A stretch of DNA of 64,000 nt from Candidatus Bathyarchaeum tardum (GTDB taxonomy: Archaea > Thermoproteota > Bathyarchaeia > Bathyarchaeales > Bathyarchaeaceae): the NCBI GenBank assembly GCA_024650005.2, contig CP122380.1, positions 352,001-416,000 of the forward strand. Reading direction: 5' to 3'. Below are positions 21,096-29,458 of this stretch, piece by piece (the stretch's first letter is position 1; each line of letters begins with the position of its first letter). The notes beneath the pieces were generated by a model that did no database searches, was not told where the DNA came from, and saw only the letters and a program-made list of their open reading frames with translations. A program made the translations under genes and the position numbers.

Positions 21096-21432
21096 TTATC
21101 ATACCCGAATATTCTAGTATTTTATTTAGCAACTCAGTTAACTTAGCTGTTACCTGATCTGCAGTTAAAACAATTCGTATACATATTCCATAATGAAACT
21201 TGCCCGCCCTTACGGTTCGTGTACGGTAATCCGTAATTGATCCTTCAGTTTTCAATGCCCTCAATTCTCTTTCTATAAAATATGAAACAAAAAAAGGAAT
21301 GACCCGTTCAAAGATATGGAAGAATTTAATGAAAATTGGCAATAAAAGATTAAAAATAGGAAGAAATGCGCGCCCACGCGCAGGAAAAAACCTCACAATA
21401 ATTGGAATGAAGTTTACAAGATTTAGTTTCAT
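21085..21432 (-). CDS. Hypothetical protein
   Basis: Tightly packed in a minus-strand four-gene run. Confidence 0.6.
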   Translation of the reverse strand: MKLNLVNFIPIIVRFFPARGRAFLPIFNLLLPIFIKFFHIFERVIPFFVSYFIERELRALKTEGSITDYRTRTVRAGKFHYGICIRIVLTADQVTAKLTELLNKILEYSGMINGK

Positions 21433-21439
21433 AGGGTCA

Positions 21440-21670
21440 TCAGATACTTGTTTCTGGGTTATGTTCTTTTTTGGTTATGAGCAGCCTTATTGCAATGTCG
21501 ATTGTAACTCCTTCTTTATGACTTTCCACGTTAAAACGCCAATCTGTTGATTCAATATTCGCGTCCTTTACTAGATCGGCCACGTTTTCTTTGAATTCGC
21601 CAGCTGCATTTTTAATCTGGCTCATTTTGCTTATAGCTTCATCAATTACTTCTTCTCTTTTATCATTCAT
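21440..21670 (-). CDS. Hypothetical protein
   Basis: GGGGTGA SD upstream; protein-like composition. Confidence 0.7.
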   Translation of the reverse strand: MNDKREEVIDEAISKMSQIKNAAGEFKENVADLVKDANIESTDWRFNVESHKEGVTIDIAIRLLITKKEHNPETSI

Positions 21671-21688
21671 ATCCTTTCACCCCCTACT

Positions 21689-22126
21689 TCAATGTTTCAT
21701 AGACAATGTGATTATTCTGGAGCATTTGGAATGTTCATATCCTGTTGAAAAGGGTGATTGGAATTTGCCAATATTCTCGCTGATGACGCCATAGCCGTTT
21801 TCTGCAAGTGAGTTTGGCAAATTATCTAACTTCAGATGTTCATCTTCTTGATGTTCTCCTTGGTGTTCTTCCCTGTGCTTGAACTTGAGTTTGATGGTTG
21901 AATTCATTATTACTTTGTCTAGAGTTACGTTCGAGATGTCTCTATAACTGTAATCGGTGTAGTCCTTCTTCAAACCAAGTGCATTAGGATGCCACAGAAT
22001 TATTCGTTCATTTGTAATGATTACGGAATCAATGTTAATCCGAGGATGATAGATTTTTTCCTCAATATACAGTTCAACTTTTTCTTTCGAGCCAGGTATT
22101 TTCTTTAAATCATCAGGAGTAGCCAT
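21689..22126 (-). CDS. Bacterial-type PH domain protein
   Basis: SVIITNERIIL...DYTDYSYRDISNVTL pattern. Confidence 0.75.
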   Translation of the reverse strand: MATPDDLKKIPGSKEKVELYIEEKIYHPRINIDSVIITNERIILWHPNALGLKKDYTDYSYRDISNVTLDKVIMNSTIKLKFKHREEHQGEHQEDEHLKLDNLPNSLAENGYGVISENIGKFQSPFSTGYEHSKCSRIITLSMKH

Positions 22127-22321
22127 AATTATTAACCAACTTGCATGATCATTCTTTCAGGCATCCTTGTTGCCATTTTGAATAAATAGCCATTCGAGCG
22201 TCATTGATAAGGTCGACGTTTTGAACGTAAGACATTGTCATGCTATGCAAACATTGTTTTTTAATAGTTTAAAATACCCAAATTATTACAGGTAAAGATT
22301 AGTATATTAAGAGGTTTTTGT

Positions 22322-22624
22322 TTGAAGAGAAATAGGTTTGAAATAGTCAAGGACATATTGATACTAACTAAAGAAAAGAACTTGAAAACGCCCATTTTGT
22401 CTGGTGCAAACCTGAGTTACAATCAGTTAGAGAATTATCTTGATTTACTTATCAATAGGGATCTTTTAAAATCCTATGAATTTGAAGGAAAAAAATTTTA
22501 CAAAACCACAGAGAAGGGTTTCAATTTTTTAAAGGTCTATCAGGACCTTAACCCACTTTTGAATGCCCACGCGTCACCAACAGTGTGGGAAAAATATGTA
22601 CAACAATCAATTATGCAGAGGTGA
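22322..22624 (+). CDS. Winged-HTH transcriptional regulator (archaeal HTH_45/ArnR1-like)
   Basis: KRNRFEIVKDIL..KT.I..ANLSY..YL..L..YKTTEKG. Confidence 0.85.
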   Translation: MKRNRFEIVKDILILTKEKNLKTPILSGANLSYNQLENYLDLLINRDLLKSYEFEGKKFYKTTEKGFNFLKVYQDLNPLLNAHASPTVWEKYVQQSIMQR

Positions 22625-22630
22625 TTTTGT

Positions 22631-22876
22631 TTGAACAATCTTTTGCTTGGAATTAATTTGTCTGACCCTAACTTTTGGTGGCTACTTATTGTTCTATTGG
22701 TGATAGGTTTAGTTGTCATATTGGCTTTCGGATTCTTGCTTGCATTTCCCTTCGCAGCCTTGACTGGAATAGTTGTGTTTTTGTTGACCGGCAGTCTTTT
22801 GTGGTCTGGATTAGCGTTTCTGATAGTGGCATTGCTTGTTGCTGCAATAGGAAAAATGTCCCGTAGGCGACGTTAA
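22631..22876 (+). CDS. Small membrane protein
   Basis: Hydrophobic 81 aa ORF with basic C-terminus directly after the regulator. Confidence 0.7.
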   Translation: MNNLLLGINLSDPNFWWLLIVLLVIGLVVILAFGFLLAFPFAALTGIVVFLLTGSLLWSGLAFLIVALLVAAIGKMSRRRR

Positions 22877-23004
22877 AAAACAGATAATGAAGAACGCAAG
22901 CAAACACCCCTCTTCTTTTATTTTAGACTTTTTTATTCAACTTTCAGAGCGCTTAAAGAAATCTAAATAAGGTAATTTGTCATATTATTATATAGTGAAT
23001 ATTT

Positions 23005-23553
23005 TTGAAGATGATTACTCGTACTTTTCGATTGAATCCAGAATATGACAAGATTATGAATGATGAAGCAGAGAAGCATGGTCTTAGTGTTAGTGCCCTT
23101 CTAAATCAGATTATTCGGCAATATGTGTTGGTTTCAAGGTTTACTGAGAAAATTCCAGCGATTACCCTTTCATACAATACGTTTGTTCCAATCTTGGAGC
23201 GTATACCTGACAACGATTTGGTTGAGGTAGCGGAAAAAACTGGTTCAATTATTCCTGAAGAGGCAATTTTACAACGAGGACAAAAACTAAACTATCAAAA
23301 TCTAACATGGTTTATAGACGTAGTTTATGGCAAATATGGAAACTGGTTTGATCCTTCCCAAAGCATCGTAAACGGCGAGGAAAGAGTTCATTTGGCTCAT
23401 CAACTGAATCATAAATGGAGCCAATACCTCGGGGGCTTCATGCGTACCATGTTCGAATCCACCTTAAATGTTGAACCTAAAATAGAAACAAGAGCCAATT
23501 CAGTGACCATGTATATTAAAAAATCTAAAGGTCCAATCCCACATATTGATTAG
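23005..23553 (+). CDS. Ribbon-helix-helix N-terminal domain protein with probable ligand-binding C-terminal domain
   Basis: ITRTFRL..EAEKHGLSVSALLNQIIRQY RHH pattern. Confidence 0.72.
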   Translation: MKMITRTFRLNPEYDKIMNDEAEKHGLSVSALLNQIIRQYVLVSRFTEKIPAITLSYNTFVPILERIPDNDLVEVAEKTGSIIPEEAILQRGQKLNYQNLTWFIDVVYGKYGNWFDPSQSIVNGEERVHLAHQLNHKWSQYLGGFMRTMFESTLNVEPKIETRANSVTMYIKKSKGPIPHID

Positions 23554-23614
23554 CTAGAAAACCCTAATGATTCGTTTTCTGTCAAAATAGCGTGGAGATG
23601 GGGCTTTAGGTAGG

Positions 23615-23863
23615 TTATTTTTTGTTTATGACCCAACTGTTAGCCTCAAATTTTACTTCATTGACTGTTATTTTATGGGTTTTTAGTTCTTTATTATCAG
23701 CGTCAAAGTCATTATTGTCGATCCAATCAAGTTCCTCATCCAAAAGATTAGAAAGCGCTAAAGACGTAAAGTCTTCTCTGGTTACGTCCATGATTTTGCA
23801 AACAAAATCTAGAGGCAAACCTAGTCTGTCATCAAATTTAACGTTACTTTTTTCATTCATCAA
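23615..23863 (-). CDS. Hypothetical protein
   Basis: 82 aa acidic ORF. Confidence 0.5.
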   Translation of the reverse strand: MMNEKSNVKFDDRLGLPLDFVCKIMDVTREDFTSLALSNLLDEELDWIDNNDFDADNKELKTHKITVNEVKFEANSWVINKK

Positions 23864-24024
23864 ATAACATCAAATCTCAACTAACACATTTAGTTAACCT
23901 AGATTCTCCAGAGATGAATAAAAACATGAAGTATATACTTTAACACAATGTCTTACGTTGCAAACATGGAGTTTATTTACAATTTCATAATAATAGCATT
24001 ATTTGCATGGACGATGAATAAGTT

Positions 24025-24360
24025 TTGGAGCAACCAGAAATTATTGAACAGGGTTTGTTAGACGTTAAAACCCATAATCTTATGATGCGACTAATTGAAG
24101 AAAGACGAAGTCTTTCACGAATAAAAACCAATCAAATCAAGCACAGTAACAACGATGAAGAATATCGAAACTTCTTGAAGAAGTTGAAAAAAAATAAAGA
24201 AGAACACATCAAAGAACTAGAAGAACGCTTAGGAAAAACACCTGTTCTAAATTTGGAGATGAAGCCCCAGAAGAATCTTAGAGCACTGCTGACGAACCAA
24301 GGAAGCACAGAAAAGGGCACAGCTGAGTTATCGAAAGGGTATAATCTTCCAACAAAATAG
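24025..24360 (+). CDS. Hypothetical helical protein
   Basis: Coiled-coil/ferritin-like pattern EEHIKELEERL. Confidence 0.5.
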   Translation: MEQPEIIEQGLLDVKTHNLMMRLIEERRSLSRIKTNQIKHSNNDEEYRNFLKKLKKNKEEHIKELEERLGKTPVLNLEMKPQKNLRALLTNQGSTEKGTAELSKGYNLPTK

Positions 24361-24424
24361 CATAACGAGTTCGGTGAGAACTCATGTATTTCAAGGAAAT
24401 AATTTTTAGTTGATTTGTTTACCG

Positions 24425-25100
24425 CTTACCGTTGTTGTTGGTGTATAATGAAGAAGAGGGTATAGTGCCCGCCCGTTGTGAATTGAAAGAAGTTTTGAAT
24501 AAACCAAATCTATTGGTTGTGCATGGAAACAGTTCAGACAGAGCCCTTGAACTAGCTAAAGAGCTATGAGCAGAAGTGATAATTCAGAACGGAAAAGGTA
24601 AAGGCAATGCAATTTCTGAAGGGTTAGACCTGCTTAATGGAGATGCATGTTATATTGTCTTTACAGATGCAGATTTCAAGTATCCTGCTAAACATACTAA
24701 GGAAATGGTTACCATTCTTGACTTGAATTTTAAAGTTGGAATGATTTTTGGGGATAGATTCATCGAGACTTATGGGTTAGAATCTGACAGAAATCAGTTC
24801 TACATCGGACATCAAATTTTAGGTTTTGTTCAAAGCGTTTTTAATGGAGTAAAAATGAATTATCATTTTACTCGGTTAAGAATCATGAGATTTGAATTAT
24901 TAAAAGGTTGGAAACCAAAATCATCTAGATTTGATATTGAAGCAGAATTAAATCGCCAGGTTAGGCGATTAGGATACACGATTGTAGAATTGCCAATTAA
25001 TTATCGAAAAAGATTGGGTAAAAAGAAACTTGGTTTCAGAAAGATATTGAGACGAATAATCATCTCAAGTATGATTGATGCGGATACAGAAGAGATCTGA
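24425..25100 (+). pseudogene. Glycosyltransferase family 2 (DPM1-like) pseudogene
   Basis: LTVVVG, then a frameshift to YNEEEGI..VVHGNSSD..AKEL*AEV, in-frame TGA at 24567, then GKGNA, DAD and FDIEAE. Confidence 0.8.
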
Positions 25101-25441
25101 GCTTAGCTGAGGTTTATTTTTCTATTTAAAACCAATTCTGCAAACGCGCGGCACACATCAATGAGGTTAGATTTTTTGCTTCTTTTTGTTCTCTTCTTCG
25201 GCTATATGTTTCGGGGGACATAGGATAATATCTTTAGATCTTAAACAATTAAGCCAATAGTCTTATAAGCGCGTATGCACATATTAAGTTATGAGAATAA
25301 GCAAAGTAAGGTGAATAAAAATGATAACAAAAATAATACGTGAAAGCATCATAAGGCAATTTGCTTATTGGAAAAACATCTAGCCTTTGGGGCTTGCAAA
25401 AAAACTAAAAAAAATAAAAACTGGTGTAGGCGGTAATTGAA

Positions 25442-25585
25442 ATGGGCAGAATAAGTGTATCAATTTCGGATGAACTGGAAAAGTCGCTCAGGTTCAAGAC
25501 AATAGAAAGATTTGGCGGAAAAAAAGGCGACCTATCCAAAGCTGTTGAAGAAGCCATAAAAACATGGATTGCCACAGAAAAATAG
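25442..25585 (+). CDS. CopG/ribbon-helix-helix protein (47 aa, not in ORF track)
   Basis: MGRISVSISDELEKSLRFKTIERFGGKKGDLSKAVEEAIKTWIATEK. Confidence 0.8.
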   Translation: MGRISVSISDELEKSLRFKTIERFGGKKGDLSKAVEEAIKTWIATEK

Positions 25586-25910
25586 ACACAGGCAGATACA
25601 AAATATCAATCGCCTTTTCGCTCACAGATGTAATCGCAATACACCACAACTTTCCTTTCAATAAGTTATTCTGGGGTTTTATCTTGTATGTAAAAAACAA
25701 GTACAGAATGAGCAGGTCAAACTAATTCAGCGAAGTTGAATGCAGATTTTGCATTTACGCGTCTATAAGTTACTGTTGGCGCAAATTCCCCTGTAACCGT
25801 TGGAAAGCAAATGATTGCTAACAAGTGGAATCCAAATTATTTCAGTGTTGAAACACTCATTCTTTAGAAACCCTGAATGTATAAACAAAGAGGATTAGAG
25901 AGGTGAAAAA

Positions 25911-26093
25911 TTGACTTTAAAACCTAAGACTATACAAATAGAGCGAATACCTGAAGCTAGAGACGCAGAAACATGGACAAAATTCAATGAAAGATTAAAT
26001 GACTTAGCAAATCAAGGATACAAAGTATCATTTACAACCGACACTTACATCCTATTAAGGAGAAAGACAGCCGCAACTCGGCGAGAAGAATAA
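25911..26093 (+). CDS. Small hypothetical protein
   Basis: GAGGTGA SD upstream; LNDLANQGYKV pattern. Confidence 0.7.
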   Translation: MTLKPKTIQIERIPEARDAETWTKFNERLNDLANQGYKVSFTTDTYILLRRKTAATRREE

Positions 26094-26305
26094 CCTAAAA
26101 CGTGTATCTTTAAAGCGGAATACATGCACGTTTTTTATTCGTTGAACCTTCGAAGGTTTACTCAGGATTTTTTCGATCGAGACCGATCTGCATATCTGTA
26201 CTTGCGGAGAGGCACTCTTGAGAAGATTAATGCATTGCTAACAATTATAACTTTCAAGAGGCAAGTTTTACAAATGCAAAAACAAAAAGGGGGTATAATC
26301 TAGAG

Positions 26306-26545
26306 ATGTCCACAAAAACTTGGAAATCTCATCCTTTAAACACGACAATAGTGGAAATCTTGGAGCGAAAAGGTCCCGTGACAGATGTAGAACTCTACAA
26401 CTTGATTGGGGAATCCCATGGTGAAACTGGATTTGGAGACCTAAACAAGACCTTGATGCGACTGGAAATACACGGCAAAATATACGTCTCCACTAGCACG
26501 AAAGGAAAAAGAATGGTTGAATTGATCGCGAAAAAAGAGAGTTAA
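26306..26545 (+). CDS. Small winged-helix protein
   Basis: IVEILERKGPVTDVELY..LNKTLMRLEIHGKIYV. Confidence 0.78.
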   Translation: MSTKTWKSHPLNTTIVEILERKGPVTDVELYNLIGESHGETGFGDLNKTLMRLEIHGKIYVSTSTKGKRMVELIAKKES

Positions 26546-26741
26546 TACATATGATGTTCTTTTACTTTTGTTCAAAACTTCCTAACTCTAGCTATGAAAC
26601 GCTCTAAAAATGTTTAATCATTATTCTTACATTGAACATCAATCACATTTGGAGTTGATGGATATTTTGTATAGAAATCAATCAAGATTACGAAATCATT
26701 TTCTTTATATTGCGAGGCGTTCTTTATTATTTGGTGATTAT

Positions 26742-26990
26742 ATGACTGAAGCAAAAAGAAAGAAGACTAAGCATACTGACACTTACGACGCTGAAAAAAA
26801 GATTGAACGTGAAACGGGGGACATTTATGATGAAGAACAAAGAGGAGAAATGTTGAAAGCAGACGGAATTACTGTTGCCGAAAATGGGTTTATGCAAGGA
26901 AGAAAAATGACTCCAAAAAAGAGAAAACATTCTAGTCATAAAGACACGGTTTCAGTTCAACTCGCTGCAGAAGAATACACTGAAGACTAA
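26742..26990 (+). CDS. Highly charged hypothetical protein
   Basis: GGTGA SD before MTEAKRKK; DIYDEEQR..DGIT.AENGFMQG core. Confidence 0.65.
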   Translation: MTEAKRKKTKHTDTYDAEKKIERETGDIYDEEQRGEMLKADGITVAENGFMQGRKMTPKKRKHSSHKDTVSVQLAAEEYTED

Positions 26991-27587
26991 ATCAGCGTTC
27001 ACTGTCACTGTCTCTTCTTACATCTTATGACAGTGGCTGTAAAAAGTAGAATTTGCCGTTATCCGCTGGACATCCACAGGGCAAATTCGTTACTTCGTTA
27101 AAATTGATAGACGATACGTTTTTGATTAGAATTCCTTTTGCACCACATTTTTTGCATTCGTAAATTATAGTAGATTTTGTTTCACTCAATTAATCACCTT
27201 AAACATTCGTGTTTTGACATTTTTGTATCTATGATAAAAACAAGATAAACTCAAATGAATCAAAAATCTAATGCACTCCACTGCTCTTAAATATTCTTTG
27301 TTGCCACGAATCATTTCCACAAGTTGTGATAACATTCTGCAAGTTGCTTTTGTTTTGTAGCAGGATTTAAACCGTTGCACATTTGAACAAACGTCTTTCA
27401 CAAGCTCACAAGGTGTAGTAACATCATTAGGAGAAGCATTATTTTCAAGCGATGTAGTTAAAATATTAACAGGTTTTGGGCTGGTAATACTTTCAGTTTT
27501 ATTCTTTGGGGGACGCACAAGAATAGATATTGTCCCATCGACCTCCACATGAAATCTATTTCACATCTTATGAATGGAGATGCTTTG

Positions 27588-27761
27588 ATGTCAAAAACTG
27601 AAAACACATGGGCATTTATTATTGCAATTGGATTAATTTTTGGTGCTGCAGCTGGTATTTTGTTATTTGTATTTACTCATCAGATCCTATACATACACAT
27701 TGGATCCGGACTATGATTAGTGTTTGGCGTAATGTTAGAATTAAATCAAAAAATCAAATAA
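27588..27761 (+). pseudogene. Small two-TM membrane protein interrupted by TGA
   Basis: MSKTENTWAFIIAIGLIFGAAAGILL...IGSGL*LVFGVMLELNQKIK. Confidence 0.5.
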
Positions 27762-27800
27762 ATCTGAAAATTAGAGCGATGATTTGAAAAAGGAAAAAAC

Positions 27801-27938
27801 TTAACTTCTATCTTTTTGTCTTTGTAATCTGTTAACCTTCGCTTTTTTACGTTTCATCTCACGATCTTTCTTCTTACTAGGTTGAGCTTTCTCTCTTCCA
27901 CCTTTTTCTCCACCTTTCAATTGCCTATCTTTTCCCAA
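27801..27938 (-). CDS. Very basic 45 aa protein (not in ORF track)
   Basis: GAGGTGG SD and TTG start; MGKDRQLKGGEKGGREKAQPSKKKDREMKRKKAKVNRLQRQKDRS. Confidence 0.6.
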   Translation of the reverse strand: MGKDRQLKGGEKGGREKAQPSKKKDREMKRKKAKVNRLQRQKDRS

Positions 27939-28053
27939 ACAATCCACCTCAATCAACCAAATATTTGCCCATTACATAATCATTAAGGCTATACTAATTT
28001 TTTTTTATAGCATTATGCCTCAAAATTGGTCTGATTACACAAAATAATTCTCT

Positions 28054-28269
28054 CTAGGCAACTAACGCTTTTAAAACCTGAACCATTTGATACAATTCAC
28101 CTCGCAGATTCTCTACTTGATTTGAAAACACAAGAAGTTGACCTTCTAGTTTTTTGATTTGTTCAGGCAATAACACATACTCAATAGCAGCATTTCTGCT
28201 CAAGTGATCGATTTCTCCTAGTAGTTCGCTTGGGCTGAGGTCCATTTTCTGTTTTGGAGTAAAAATCAT
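28054..28269 (-). CDS. Hypothetical coiled-coil protein
   Basis: 71 aa ORF with heptad pattern. Confidence 0.5.
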   Translation of the reverse strand: MIFTPKQKMDLSPSELLGEIDHLSRNAAIEYVLLPEQIKKLEGQLLVFSNQVENLRGELYQMVQVLKALVA

Positions 28270-28368
28270 GAATATCGATTTCTATCCCTATTGTTTTTCT
28301 CTGATTTTGTTGGTCACGTAATGGAAAACTTTATTTGATTTGTAAACTGTTTCGTTTACGGTGCTGTT

Positions 28369-28590
28369 GTGCCTCAAGTACAGCTTAGGTTAAGCCAAAA
28401 AACCATCGAAGAACTGGATAAATGGGTAGCAGAGGGGCGCTTTAAGAGCCGAAGCGACGCGATCCGAAGCATTATCTGTTATTTTCAAGAAAGAGAAAAA
28501 AGCAGAGAATTCTACAAACTGCTAGCCAACAGAAGCAAAGAAGCAAAAGAACAACCTGAACCCCTGATTCCTCTTGAGGAATTTGAGTGA
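28369..28590 (+). CDS. Ribbon-helix-helix antitoxin
   Basis: VQLRL..LDKWVAEGRFKSRSDAIR; 4 bp overlap with the toxin gene. Confidence 0.85.
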   Translation: MPQVQLRLSQKTIEELDKWVAEGRFKSRSDAIRSIICYFQEREKSREFYKLLANRSKEAKEQPEPLIPLEEFE

Positions 28591-28850
28591 CCTATAAAGT
28601 CCTACTTCATCCTAACGCCGCTAAAACATTATCTAAAACACAAGAAAAAACTAGAATAATAAACAAACTAAAACAACTAAAAACAAACCCCCAAAAAACT
28701 GGAAAACCTGTAAAACTATCAGAATATTATAGACTTCGAATTGGAGACTACAGTGCCATATACGAAATTGATCAAATAAAAAAACAAGTAATTTTACTCT
28801 ATATTGGGCACAGCAAAAACGTCTACGACGACTTTAGTAAACTCTTGTAA
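28587..28850 (+). CDS. relE: RelE/ParE family toxin
   Basis: YKVLLHPNAAK..YRLRIGDY..IYEID..VILLYIGH. Confidence 0.85.
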   Translation: MTYKVLLHPNAAKTLSKTQEKTRIINKLKQLKTNPQKTGKPVKLSEYYRLRIGDYSAIYEIDQIKKQVILLYIGHSKNVYDDFSKLL

Positions 28851-29293
28851 AATCAAGAGACACTTTTTTATTTTTCAACTAGTTGAAGGCTTAATTCTAT
28901 GGATTCTTTAGAGCCTAATTTTTTTTAATAAATATACACGTAAATTCACATTTTTGGTCAAGTCAGTTAATGTCTTCTCAATATTGTTAACTCGATGTTC
29001 ACGCCATTACAATTTTGGGCCTTAGCAATCTTGCCCTAGCTAAATCTTTACCAATATGCTCCTTATGGGGAACCCTCTCGGAGGACTTTTATCTGTAGAA
29101 CTTACATCTTCGACAATAGTAGTTCTAAGCGTAACAAGTTCTTCTGCTTCTTCACTGTAAAATCTTGTAATTGGTGATGTAGCCTTCACAAGAAATCTTT
29201 TTTTACCCCTAATTTAGGGCTCCAAAAATTCCATTAAATAAAAAAAGAAACGAAGATGAAAAAGTACAGAATGTTACGTATCCGTTTCTAAAG

Positions 29294-29387
29294 TGGCGGA
29301 TCCGCGGGGATTCGAACCCCGGATCATTGGATTTCTTCTTCCGTAGATTAGAAGTCCAATGCCTTATCCTGACTAGGCCACGGACCC
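29294..29387 (-). tRNA. tRNA-Arg(TCT) with 16-nt canonical 37/38 intron (29333..29348) and encoded CCA
   Basis: GGGTCCG/CGGATCC acceptor stem, TTGGA/TCCAA anticodon stem, GTTCGAATC T-loop; CTTC/GAAG helix with 3-nt bulges. Confidence 0.93.
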
Positions 29388-29458
29388 AAGTGAACCTTCA
29401 TAGTGTAATAATTTCCTAGATATAATCTTTCATTTGTTTGGTCAAACTAAGTCTGCAG

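Noticed and set aside
27186-27548. 120 aa minus-strand Cys-containing ORF
   Set aside because: No clear start context or recognisable family; it may be a remnant but cannot be supported.
24567-27716. Two in-frame TGA codons at expected Gly positions (GT2 at 24567, small membrane ORF at 27714), suggesting TGA recoding
   Set aside because: TGA terminates intact genes in this window (for example at 9935, 14203, 20358 and 51020), the GT2 has additional lesions, and GGA>TGA is a single substitution.
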